Of a DNA stretch of 64,000 bases, positions 52,608 through 64,000 are shown piece by piece. Numbering within the stretch: the first letter of the stretch is position 1; each line of letters begins with the position of its first letter. Both the position numbers and the translations under genes were made by a program. The DNA is from Cercozoa sp. M6MM. Its lineage: Eukaryota; Protista; Endomyxa: Ascetosporea. The DNA is taken from assembly GCA_040357565.1 (NCBI GenBank), contig JBDODJ010000042.1. One strand, written 5' to 3'. The notes beneath the pieces were generated by a model. The model saw only the letters and a list, made by a program, of their open reading frames with translations, had not been told where the DNA came from and did no database searches.

Positions 52608-53707
52608 ATGGAGCAGAATGTGGCGGCGCTAGTTGCGCCCACGAAGCAGCTGCTCGAGTCGCTGATCGAGTTGCTTCCAAAAGAGTGGCCGCTGCGCGAC
52701 GGTGTGCTCAGCGTGCGCACCAAATACTACGCGGCCGAGGTACGTTTGTTGACCTACGAGTCACTCGAATCGTCGGAGCTCGAGTCGTCGCAAGCATTGC
52801 TCGTGGCGTTCGACGCGAGCGAAGCCCCGTCTCTCGAGCGACTTGAGTCGCTCTTCAAGCGCGACGCCGACACCAAGCTTCTCGTGCCTCTTCCATGCCA
52901 GACTCTTGTACTCCTGCTTTTCCCACGTATTTCACAATTAAAGCTCGATTTTTCGCTCAAATCTTTCGGTGCTTGCACATTGCTTTTGGTGCTTACACGA
53001 AGCTTCTGGTGCTTGCACGACGCTTTTCGTGCTTTGAGTTGCAGTCATAGCTTTCGGGTGCTTTCGGGCAGGAAGAGCAGTTTCCGAGCGACGATTGGCT
53101 GCTTGACCGCCGAGTCGAGCTGTTGCAGCCCGAGCCGCACGTGCAGTGTGACGATATCGCCAACGAGTATCGCGAGCGCGTGCGAAGTGCACTTGAGTGT
53201 GTGATGTGGCCCGAAATGCAGCGTGCGACGGCGAAAGCTTCGCGCGAAACGACGAAAGCGAGCGAAACAGAAGTTGCCGAGTTGTGCGAAGCTTTGAGCG
53301 GCATGCAGAGCGACTTTGCGGATTTGGAAAACGACGATTTCGGCTTTGACGACGCAGCACTCGCCGAAGCCATGTCGCTCGTGGCGCAGACTCGAGAGCA
53401 CATCCAAAGCACCTCCGAAGGTACCTATAGGGTCGAGTTGCCTTGCTTGCTTTGAGTTGCTTTGCTTTGCGATGAGTTGAGTTGCTTTGCTTTGCGATGA
53501 GTTGAATTGAGTTGCTTTGAGTTGAGTTGCGTGCTTTAAGTTGAGCTGTGTATTGCAAACGCAGGTGAGCAAACACCCGAGGCGCGGCGAGACCGGCACC
53601 GCCGAGCGGCCGAAGCGACGCTCGCACTCGCAAAAGCTCTCGGAATGGCCGACGAGCTCGGCGAGCTGCAAGCTGCGATCGAAGAAATGTCCTCTTTCAG
53701 CGAGTAG
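52608..53707 (+). CDS. AAGAB: Alpha/gamma-adaptin-binding protein p34 (AAGAB/Irc6)
   Basis: VRTKYYAAEVRL, QALLVAFD, RERVRSALECVMWPEM, and C-terminal helix RHRRAAEATLAL. Confidence 0.85.
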
Positions 53708-53860
53708 TCGTCGCGTAGTGTACGGTAGTCCCGTTGATTTCGTTTTCCGTCGGGTTCAGTTTAATTTTACAGCTACGTTTCGCTTCCTGTTTCCCGACTG
53801 AATTAAACTCTGCTATCCCCGGCCTGGTAACTGAATCAATTACGTTAAGCGTCGTTATCG

Positions 53861-54038
53861 CTGCACCAACTATGAAGTCGACTTCGTTGTCCAAGGAACG
53901 TCAAAAGGGGGGGCGGGGGACCTCTATGGTCCTCCTACCTTAAGCGGGGGACACGCGACGGCCATGCTCTTGTGATCCACCCCGGACTGGTGCAGGGGAG
54001 CTACTTAGTTGGTTACCTAGAAGACTCAACTAACTAAC
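53861..54038 (+). mobile_element. Short non-LTR retroposon, copy C (longest, ~178 bp)
   Basis: Ends AGAAGACTCAACTAACTAAC; 15-bp TSD TAAGCGTCGTTATCG (53846-53860, 54039-54053). Confidence 0.9.
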
Positions 54039-54871
54039 TAAGCGTCGTTATCGGTCGGGGGGGGTGGGGGGGGGGGGGGTATTCATTGACTTAAACGAAA
54101 GCCTCTTTCGATTCACTCTTCGGTCGTGTGCGGGGACTGGGCAGACAGAGGGACCTCATCTAAATTTACCTCAGCCTGCTGACGCGGCGGCTGGCGATTT
54201 TGAGTTCCGAGTCGCAACAGCCAGCTGCGACCTTTGTCACAAACGTGCGTACACGCCGGCGGCATACGGACGGTGCAACTGCTCTGCTGCACCCAAGCAT
54301 CTTCAACCATGCAAAAGGTCGAGTTTCATCGTTACCCTAAATTTACAAGTCAAAATCTACATGAGCGGTAAATTTACCGCTGCGGTTTCCGACGGTGCAG
54401 GTGTCGCTTGCGGCACTCGGTCAGTCGGTTCTGTATCGGTAGCAGTGGTAGCCACGTTCGCTGTAAACCACTGCGCTGCGACGGCGCAAAGCACGAGGAG
54501 TTTCATGCGATGTTTATTGACAGCGTTTGACGGAGCGAGTCCGGATCCTGGGTCTATTTTAAATTTTAATAGAAATACATGAAGACCCCGACATAACTGA
54601 AGGTGTTAATGAAGGGCGACGGTTTAATGCACTGTACCTGCTGTGAAATACTGTACGTTTGGGTGCACAGTACAACAATGAGAGCTGGCTTGAGAGGGTT
54701 GAAAAACTTGCTGCGAAAGGGAACGACGCCGGAAGAAAAAGACTGCGCTTTCTCTCTCAGCACGTGCGACGCTTGAAGTTGGTATTTCGGACTTTTAGCA
54801 CTTCTCGTGACCGAGCCAGCGGTACTCCATGTTGACGTGTTGACGCTAAAGAATACGCCGACGTAAACTTA

Positions 54872-54933
54872 CAAGTACCACGACCTCTATCCGTCACTCA
54901 CGTACCGGTAACTATTAAAGGTCGTGGTACTTG
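54872..54933. repeat. Perfect 15-bp inverted repeat with 32-nt spacer
   Basis: CAAGTACCACGACCT / AGGTCGTGGTACTTG. Confidence 0.9.
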
Positions 54934-55240
54934 GCCCCTTAGCGTTTGTCGCACGCAGTAAAGGAATTGATGTCGGCGTCTGTGTCTGTGTCATTGGCAG
55001 CTCCGCTCATTTGCAACAGCGCTGCTGGGGTAAAACGTGAAAACCCACGCTAAAACGAGGTCTTGTTACAAGCCAAAGAACTCCGGCTCTTCGCAGGTTT
55101 ACAGCAGGTGTTGTTCACTTCATTTGAGGGGCTCGCGGTAGTTTCGGTTTAATACCGCTCGGAGACTGACCGTGAGAGCCGTGAGCGCGACGATCATCGA
55201 AGGCTTACTGTAGCGTCGGTAAATCGAATGCACGTCGATA

Positions 55241-55354
55241 GTTAGTTAGTTGAGTCTTCTAGGAAACCAACTATGTAGTTCCCCTGCACCAGTGGGGTGG
55301 GTCACAAGAGCATGGCCGTGTCTACCGCCCGCTTAGGGTAGGACCATACAAGAC
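55241..55354 (-). mobile_element. Short non-LTR retroposon, copy D
   Basis: Reverse complement of the 3' ~115 bp of copy C; 12-bp TSD TGCACGTCGATA (55229-55240, 55355-55366). Confidence 0.9.
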
Positions 55355-55550
55355 TGCACGTCGATACTACCGAGATGATCAGATTTCAACCAATTACGTT
55401 ACGTTACCGATGGATCCATCGCGTCGGCGCGAATCTCAAATGAATTAAGTTTACGTTAACCAAAACATATGCATGGTGACCACCACCGCACGCGCCGGTA
55501 GCGCAGGCGTGGATGCAAAGTCAAGTATGGCGGCACATCTGATGCTTAGG

Positions 55551-56648
55551 CTACACGGCATATGTGGCATTGGGATTGTGGTTGTTGTGATTGCCGCACG
55601 ACGTGCCGTCAAGTCGGTGCGCTTGGCCTTGCCAGGCCGGGTTGCCTCCAGACGACATGGCTGTTGGACATACATAATGATATCAATGCCCTGATACATG
55701 GACAAGACAGGGTTACCCTCGTATCGAGGTGGTGGTGGTTCTTGCTGCTGCTGCTGTTGTTGTATTGAAGGTCCCTGTCTCACTGGTGCCACAGGGACCG
55801 GTCGCACCTGCTGACCGTACACGTACTGCTGCTGCGGAGGCAGACGCTGCATCATCACGGCCGAGCCTGGCAAGCCCGAGCCTGGCAAGCCGAGCGAGGT
55901 CTCGCCCTCGCGAATGAAGAGAACGAAGCTGTAGACAATGTAGACGGCAAAGGTGCGCACAAAGATCAAGATTATGATCGACACCACGGTAAAGGCCAGC
56001 ACCTGCACACGCGCAATACAAGTAACAGTGCATGCATGCTTGAAGTCCAAAACTTAAGTACGGATTGCTTGCACGACTCCATAAAGTCACTTTCGCTGTT
56101 GTATCGATCCTTTTCGCTGTGCAGAATTTGTTTTCATCTTGCTGAAATGTCAAAACAAAAAGAGATACCCGTCGCTAAAGTCGTCCCACAGGTCGCCGCA
56201 GTGCTCGTCGCGTTGCGACACGTAGAGTCCGCGCGAAATCTAGACTCAACACTCGACTTAAAAAACACAAAGAGTGTTCAAAGAGAAGAGAAGGAACGCA
56301 CCACGTCGAGGATCATCGACACGACCATCCAAGAAGCGAACATGATGCACAGACGCGGCGAGTAACGTGTCGATCCGACAAAGCCCGTTATGGCGAACAG
56401 CTGCACATGTGCATTTGCTTGCCCAGCTTCAAATACCACACACCGTGCATCTTACAATTTGAGCGACCGAGACGGCCACTATCAGCGAAGAATCGGTCCA
56501 GAACAGGCCCGTGAGACCAGAGAAGAACTGCACGTGCTTACATTACCTCATACTTCGAAGGGATATGATAAATTACCTCAAGGACGGCAAAAAGCATGAC
56601 GCCGCTGCGCAGATCGCAGCAGCAACACGAAGAGGCTCTCTGCGCCAT
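55551..56648 (-). CDS. LAPTM-like multi-pass membrane protein with PPxY and SHP-box-like tail
   Basis: MAQRASSCCCCDLRSGVMLFAVLE, several TM exons, and tail QQEPPPPRYE|AMSSGGNPAWQGQAHRLDG..YAV*. Confidence 0.6.
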
Positions 56649-57090
56649 CTATGGGAGGCTGTGTCTGAACAGAAAACCCACACGTCTTCTCCAGCGCTCG
56701 AGCCGAGAACCATCAATCAATTTTTGAAACTTTTGAATTTTCAGCACCAAGCCTACGCCTGATGTGAGACTGCACACACCCAGTACAGCTGCCACTGTAC
56801 AGTGTCACGGGTGCCTCTGGAGGGCAATTAATTGAAACAGCAAGTGATCAGCAAACGGGCGTCCGTTTCCAGCCCTTTTGCTGTTTGCTCGTTGCATCTT
56901 CTTTTCGCCACCTTTCGCGCACAAACCGGACTCGTCTAGTCCCTGTCCCACAGGTGGTCACTGTGGATTTGTCCACGCCAAGGCCATGCATGCATGTCAC
57001 ACGCAGCTTCCAAATAACGGCTCAAATGCTCACCTCTCGCACGACGGTTATGCCTGAAAGGCGAAAGCCTGCACAGAAACAAGCAGCAAC

Positions 57091-60000
57091 ATGTTCGCGG
57101 TGTTACTAACGCTGCTGTGTGCCAGAGCCAGTGGCACACTTTTCGTGCACACTGCTGGCGAAGATGTGCGCCTGAGTGCAGTGCATACTGACGAAGAAGT
57201 GCTGGCGGCGCTTCTGCGCGAGAGTGTGCCACAGCTCGCTGATGTTGCGGCTACCAATTCGCACGACGTTTCAGTGTGGTGCGTTGCAGCCTTCTCTTAT
57301 CCAGCAGTACTTTATTTTTAACTCTCATGCAAAGTGCTTCAGGTTCGCAGGTCGAGCAGCGAAAAGCGTCGACTGCGAGGAAGACGAGCTGGAAGACGAG
57401 GCCGATGAGGAGGAAGAAGAGGAGTTTGGTGCTCCTCAAAACACACCGCGCTACAGCGTCGACTACTTGAGCACAAGCACTTCGATCAATGAGCTGCATT
57501 CGCGACGTGCAGCTGCTTCATTCTCACAACCGTCGTCTGCCTCGACACTGCCGTCGTTTTCAATCACTCCGGCCATTCGGGGACGACGCCGACGTCGCAA
57601 CATTCCTCGATTTGATGTACAGTTTAACTTCAGCCCAGATTGATTTTGTCGCAATTGCGAAAGCTTTGCATGTTCCCAGGGCTGTGTGGGCGTGGATCTT
57701 CTGTCGCGCAAGCCGCACAACGGCGCCGCACTTGTGAACTTTGCCACTCAGGTCTGCTTCACTTCGTGAGTTGTGTTGCTTCAATATAAAGCTATTCTTT
57801 TGTGTGAATGAAAGTTGTGTGCGTAGCATTGCGAAAAGAACCCGCTCGACATTATTACGGGACTCGAGATGCGACGACGTGACTACGCGATTCCACTGTT
57901 CCTCAAAGTAAACGATACTGCATCTGATTTGATCTTTAGTTTTAAATTTATTGACACGTAACTGGAGCAGGAAATGTCGATCGAAACGCAAGAAGAAATG
58001 CCTGGTATTTATTCTTAGTGCAATTGTGTATCAAATTCTCACATCAGTAAACTGCAGGGACGGACTACCCGAAAGATGCTGAAGCGCGAAACATTTTTGT
58101 TGCCGTGCCGAAACTCGACGATGATCGGAAATACTCGATTTCTGCTGTTCCCGAACACGTTGGTACCTAATTTGTAGCATAGTTATAGACAACTTCAATT
58201 GGACTAATACAGGGTGCCAAGACAACGATCCTCCTCGAGCGCGACTTTTCTCTGTTTACGCCGCAATTCGCAAGCGCGTCTCAAGGTGAATTTTGGCTTC
58301 AATCCCCAGGGAAGTTTAACTCACCATCGTTTCACCTTTCAGACGATTTGCTAAGCTTGATGTGTCTTCACTATCGTCTGGAATGCATCAAGTCTGCTTG
58401 CATGACCCGTACAATTTTTCTTCCTTCCCGATCGATCCCATCTTCCGCGCGAACGGGGAGAATTAAATAGAAACCCGCGAAAACCGACGTTGGCAATCGG
58501 CTTCATTTATCTGATGCCAAAGCTGCCGCCTCCTTCACTTGCAGTAATTTACCCACAACTTTTAAAGGACAGAATTAAAAAAACGCTGATGTGTGTTGCA
58601 CAGATGGACCACGCAGTTGTGGTACTCGGCGGACACGTACCGATCTACTCGGCCCTGTTGGCGTTTGTGCAACTGCGCGAACACCGGCCTGGCATGCGCG
58701 TAATCACGTGCATCTCTGACGTGCCTGCCACCGCGCTAGGTTTGATCTGCGTGACATTGTTTTAGATGTCACTGTCTAAGGCCGTTTTGTTGCAGGTGAC
58801 ATGCCAGTGCACTACGAAGCTCGCCAATGCAACGCAAAGTAACTTTTTGCTTCCGTTGATTATTCGATCACGTTTTTATCAAACTGAAATGTTGTGCAGC
58901 ACAGTTCTCGGCATTGTGAGTGGCGATCGAGTCGAAGCTGATGTAAATTGCACTTGCTCTTCAATGTGCAAGGTATGATTTTGCAACTTAAGCAGTACAC
59001 GATTCTGCTGGAGCAACGCTGGAAACTACGCAAGGACCCAGTTGCTTTGGTACACAGTTTGAGTGAGCTATTAGAAAAATAGCTTTCTTTTAAATTTACC
59101 TCTGACACTTTGATATCTGTGAAGGCGAATCTGGCATCGCAGACGAAACTACCACTGCGGCGATACCTGTCGCTAAACGATGATGAAGTTAGTTGGCTCG
59201 CACCTTTGATAAAGTGGTATCAATTGTTCTTTTTTTCTTTTGCAGAAAGTGAAACGAGAGCTGCTGCTTGCTCGCTCGTCTTGGCTGGGTCCCAAGGTGC
59301 CAGACAATGCCAACCACGTCCTGCTTGTTCTAGCTGCTCATGGACTCAAAGGCAAGATCGCCATCGAGCCGCCTCTGCCGCACACGTTGCATCGCTCGCT
59401 CAATGCCGAACAGTGGTGGCTCGCCAAGCAGGTACAGTCCATTGGCTTCTGACTTGTCGAGTCTTGGTTATCTTGATTTGACAGCACCTGCTGGCCAACA
59501 AGCGCACGCTATCGACAGACGGAGCTGTTGGCGAAGTGGTCGAGATCGTGCACGCGTGTCATTCCAGCAGCATGCACGAAGGCAAGTTGCACGATGTGGA
59601 ACAAGTGCTTCGCAACTCAAGGTCACGTCCAGTGCGGTCGGAGGTATCAGCATCACCGATGCCTGTGCTGGCACTGTGTTCCGCCAAAAGTGACTACGCT
59701 GCTATAGGTATATTTGTAGTATCTAAATTTAAGTCTGCTTCCTTTTAGTTTTTTTTTGCGTAGGTGACGAGTTCATGCGCTCGGTGTTGAAATCACTCTG
59801 TGCAATTCCCAACGGCACAGTTACGCCTGTATGTGCACTGCACGCTGTCACTGGTGCATTGTCTTATCTTGACTGAATGTATTGATCGGTCAGCCGCAAA
59901 TATAATGATTTTGAACTGACCCGTAAATTTAGTGGCACACAGTGCGGCCGAACAAACAGGCGCAGGTGCCACGCGACTCCACGAGGACAACTCCATCATT

Positions 60001-60821
60001 GATCCGGATGGCAATCAGTTCAACCCGACAGTGTTCTGCGACTGCAATTCAGCCTCCGCACTGTCGTAGCTTTCACTTCATACAACTTGTGTGTTTGTAT
60101 GACTCACTTTTATTGTTTCTGTGGTTTAGCAAGCCGAGATTCGACCTGAATAACTTTGCTTTGTGTCCACAACCGCAACAACGCTTCTTGCAGTGGTTGC
60201 AGGTACCGCCTCTTTCGCTAGAGTAGTTTTGACAGCTTCAGCTATTCTAGTTTCGTACTTCAGGTTGCAACGACGCTTCTGAGTCTTCAAAAGGAGCTGC
60301 CGCGCCACAGCGCTGTCGATCGCGTGCAAGAGTTGTTGCAACAGTACTCAGCCGTGATACAGTATGCACCATACGATTTGTTCGGTATTTCCACAAACTT
60401 CAGTTGAATTAAATACCCAGTGCGCAAAACAACTCCGACTGGGACGTAATGGCGCACGAACTGGCGCCTGCTGTTGCTTCTCTGGCAACGTCACAACGCA
60501 TGTACCGTCCCCCCCCCCGAATCTCGACAAATGACTGTCCATTAACTGTGTGTGTCTCGTGCTCAGGCAAGTTCTCGCACTGGCTAAGCAGGTGCTCGCT
60601 TCCGTGAGCGATCCAGATGACGCGCAGATGCTGAAGCGACTGTCCAAACACGCGCGCAGGGAAATGGCCAACCTCGCGCAGGTCTTCGACGATAGTGTCG
60701 GTACCGCACGCATGCCTTCCAGTGCTTGAGCTTGCACTGAATTTTTTGTGATGTTCGCAGGCGTGACGTGCGTGCAGTGGCACCTACGACTGGCGTCGAA
60801 GTTACTTTCGCTGGCGCAATA
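57091..60821 (+). CDS. Hypothetical multi-exon protein with signal-peptide-like N-terminus
   Basis: MFAVLLTLLCARASG. Exons splice in phase through at least ~58840, and the exon/intron pattern continues to ~60.8 kb. No family recognised. Confidence 0.5.
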
Positions 60822-61412
60822 AGTTTAACTTTTAGCGGGTGTTTGTATATATTTAAACGTCGCCGCGCTTTCTCCCAGTCTAAACATCGGTTCTGCTGTT
60901 GTGGTGTCGAGTTTAACTTCACAGCATAGTTAGATCAATTGAGAGGCGAGGGCAACTCTTCGGTTCCCCGGGCCCAAGTTCGCCAACCAAGCACGGTCTG
61001 ACGGTACGCTCGGCGATTTGATCGAGTCGCTCGAATATGACCAATATTGCATTCCACAGTGTCTTAAAAGCACTCTAGCGAGTCTCATTGCTACAAAGCA
61101 ATAGCAGCACAGTGCTGCATTGATCAAAATACTCGTTAAGATTGAATGGAACGGGCACGCGCTTGAGCCGGCCACCGCGTTCGGCTGGACACTGCGAAAA
61201 GGACAAAGCATCTCCCCTTTCCACACACACTCTTTTGTGCTCTGCAGACGCGGCTCAGCACGCTTAGTTATTGCAGTTCACGTCCCAGGCGAGAAATAAC
61301 TGTTGCGAGCAGCGCCCAGCTTGAGCAGTCGTTTTCTCTCGAGAGCCCTGGCCCATTGTTCCACCGTTGCAGGTTGTTTGTTTGTGTTTTGTGTCCCGTT
61401 GACTGAGTTGAG

Positions 61413-64000
61413 ATGTCGTTCGAGGACCCGTCGGCTAAGAAGAACCCTCCAGAGGTGCGTTTCAAATGCTTTTCCCTTTTGGCCTGATTGGGCGTTTTTC
61501 CCGTTTTTTTGTTTGCGATGCATATGTGTGCTGTTTGCGGCGCAGTTGGATGGCGCTCATGACATGACGCGCCTCCTCTATCTGGAGGACGAACATGTGC
61601 TGGATAACATCCGCACGCGCTTCCAGAAGCAGGAGATGTACACGTCGATGTCGACGATCCTGATCGCTGTCAACCCGTACCAGTGGCTCCCGGTGTACGG
61701 CGCCGACCAGATCAAACTGTACTACAACAACTCCAAGGCGCGCGTGCCGGATACGGAGCTGCCGCTGCACATCTATGGCGTTGCCGGTAACTGACTTTTT
61801 CTGCTTTGCTTTGTATTGGATGCGAATTGAGCTGAGTTGAGTTGCTTTGCTTTGAATTGAGTGGAGTGGTACTGAGTTGAGTCTTGCTTTGTGCGTAGGT
61901 GCGGCGTACCGCGACATGTTCGAGTCGGGCCAGTCGCAGTCGGTGCTGGTGTGCGGTGAGTCGGGCGCCGGTAAGACCGAGTCGGCCAAGAAGGTGATGC
62001 ACTACCTGACGCAGACGACGCAGTCCAAGACGGGCGAGCACCGGCTCGAGGATCAGCTCATGGCCGGTAACCCGATCATGGAGTCGTTCGGTAACGCCAA
62101 GACGGTGCTGAACAACAACTCGTCGCGCTTCGGCAAGTTCACCAAGATGATGTTCGCCGGCTCGTCGTTCGAGTCGGGTCACATCGCCGGCGTGCAGATC
62201 GAGACCTACCTGCTCGAGAAGTCGCGCGTCACGCTGCAGGCCATTGGCGAGCGCAACTTCCACATCTTCTACCAGGTGCGCCTTGTTTTTCTGCTTGTTC
62301 TGAGTTGCTTTGCTTTGAGTTGAGTTGCTTTGCTCTGGGCTGAGTTGCTTTGCTCTGAGCTGAGTTGAGTTGCTTGAGTTGAGTTGCTCTGCTCTGAGTT
62401 GAGTTGAGTTGAGTATTATTGGTGGCGTGTTGAGCAGATCTGCCGCGTTTACAGCGGCGACTCGCGCTTCCAGATGGCGGACCCGTCGAAGTTCTACTAC
62501 CTCGACCAGACGGGCCGCAACGCCGCCTACAACGACGTCGACGGCATCAGCGACACGGAGTGGCACAACGAGGTGAAGGAGGCGCTCACGTCCTTCAACG
62601 TCGGCGAGCAGACGCAGCAGGACCTCTTCGCCGTGGTAGCTTTTGCCTCTTGCCTTTTGCTTTGAGTTGAGTGAGTTGCTTTGCTTTGAGTTGAGTGAGT
62701 TGCTTTGCTTTTTGAGTTGAGGGAGTTGCTTTGCGTTGAGTTGAGTTGAGTGAGTTGCTTTGCTTTAGGTGGCCGGTCTGCTGCACCTGGGTAACATCAA
62801 GTTCGAGGCGATCGACGACGACTCGTGCAAGGTGGACGAGTCGACGGCCAAGCACGTGGCGGCGGCGGCCGACCTGCTCGGCATCGACGAGGACCGTCTG
62901 CGCGCGCGTCTGACGTCGGCCACGGTCAAGGTCGACGGCGGCATCACGACGCTCTTGTCGGCCGAGAAGGTACAATTTAACCCCCCCCCCTCCCCCTAGT
63001 ATTCCTCCCCTTTAACTCTTGCTCCCTCCGTAGGCACGCCACAACCGCGACGCGATCGCGCAGGAGCTGTACACGGGCCTGTTCGGCTACATTGTGAGCT
63101 GTCTGAACAAGGAGATGGTGCTGCAACGCTCGACGGGCAAGGAGCTCTTCATCGGCATTCTCGACATTGCTGGTTTCGAGAAGTTCGAGCACAACTCGTT
63201 CGAGCAGTTCTGCATCAACTTTGCCAACGAGAAGCTTCAGCAGTTCTTCAACGAGGACGTCATCAAGAACGAGCAGGAAGAGTACCTCAATGAGGGTGCC
63301 TTTGGGCCTATTACCCCCCACCGCTTTACCCCTCTGTTACCCCCTGCCTCCTTGTCCCACAGGTGTCTACTGGGTGCCGCTCGACATTCCCAACAACGAC
63401 GCCTACATTTCGCTCGTGCAGCACAAGACGCGCGGTCTCTTCTCGCTGCTCGACGCCGCCTGTCGCACGCCTAAGGCGGTAGCCGCCGCTTTCCCCATTT
63501 TACCCCCCCCCCCTACCCCCTGTGTCCCCTATACAGACGTCGGAGACGTTCGTGAACAACCTGTTCCAGACGCACAAGCGTCACTCGCACATGCGACGTG
63601 CCGGCTCGCGTCCGGGCTCGAAGAAGGACTTCCTCGGCTTTGCCATCAAGCACTACGCCGGCAAGGTCGTCTACGACTGCGATGAGTTCCTTGACAAGGT
63701 GCGCTTTCGCTTTGAACGCTTTGCTTTGCGTTGAGTTGAAAAGCTTTGCTTTGCGTTGAGTTGAAAAGCTTTGCTTTGCGTTGAGTTGCTTTGACTTGAG
63801 TTGAGTAAGTTGCTTCGCTTTGCAGAACCGCGGTTCGATCCACCCGGACACGATCGCGCTGGCGCTGTCGTCGTCGCAGTCGGTGCTGCCGGCCGTGTTC
63901 CCGAACGCCGAGAAGCAGCAGCAGTCGATGCGCTCGTTCCAGTCGATCGGCCGCACCTTCTCGAACCAGGTGTGTTGCTCTTTACCCCTTACCCCCCCCC
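61413..64000 (+). CDS. Myosin heavy chain, motor domain (truncated by window end)
   Basis: LIAVNPY, P-loop [78 protein letters not shown]. Confidence 0.97.

Noticed and set aside
54064-54582. 172-aa plus-strand ORF
   Set aside because: Starts in a poly-G tract, lacks the codon bias and intron pattern of neighbouring genes, and has no recognisable domain.

Overview
Gene-dense, very intron-rich nuclear DNA from a unicellular eukaryote. It uses the standard genetic code and GT-AG introns mostly ~50-110 nt long, and has three N-gaps inside (CA/TG)n tracts. The ORF track is fragmented by introns, so I rebuilt gene models by hand-splicing; exon boundaries and some starts/ends are approximate. About 26 protein-coding genes are visible. 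Recognisable ones: RPL18A, prefoldin 6, NDUFA6, EIPR1/TSSC1, NOPCHAP1-like, TMCO4/DUF726, an SLC12 cation-chloride cotransporter, an ArfGAP, CEP164-like, SPATA17-like, TBC1D31-like, an M14 carboxypeptidase, a BRF2-like TFIIB factor, AAGAB, and the 5' part of a myosin. The most notable signal is a spliced minus-strand gene (832-2939) joining an intact-looking globin domain to an RGS-homology domain, a candidate gas-sensing regulator of G-protein signalling. Other signals: four TSD-flanked, 5'-truncated copies of a short non-LTR retroposon with a (TAAC)n tail; a ~150-nt hairpin in an oversized RPL18A intron; two families of simple-sequence intron filler, one demonstrably strand-polarised; and a structured intergenic segment near 54.8-55.2 kb. 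All homology calls come from motif recognition, not database searches.
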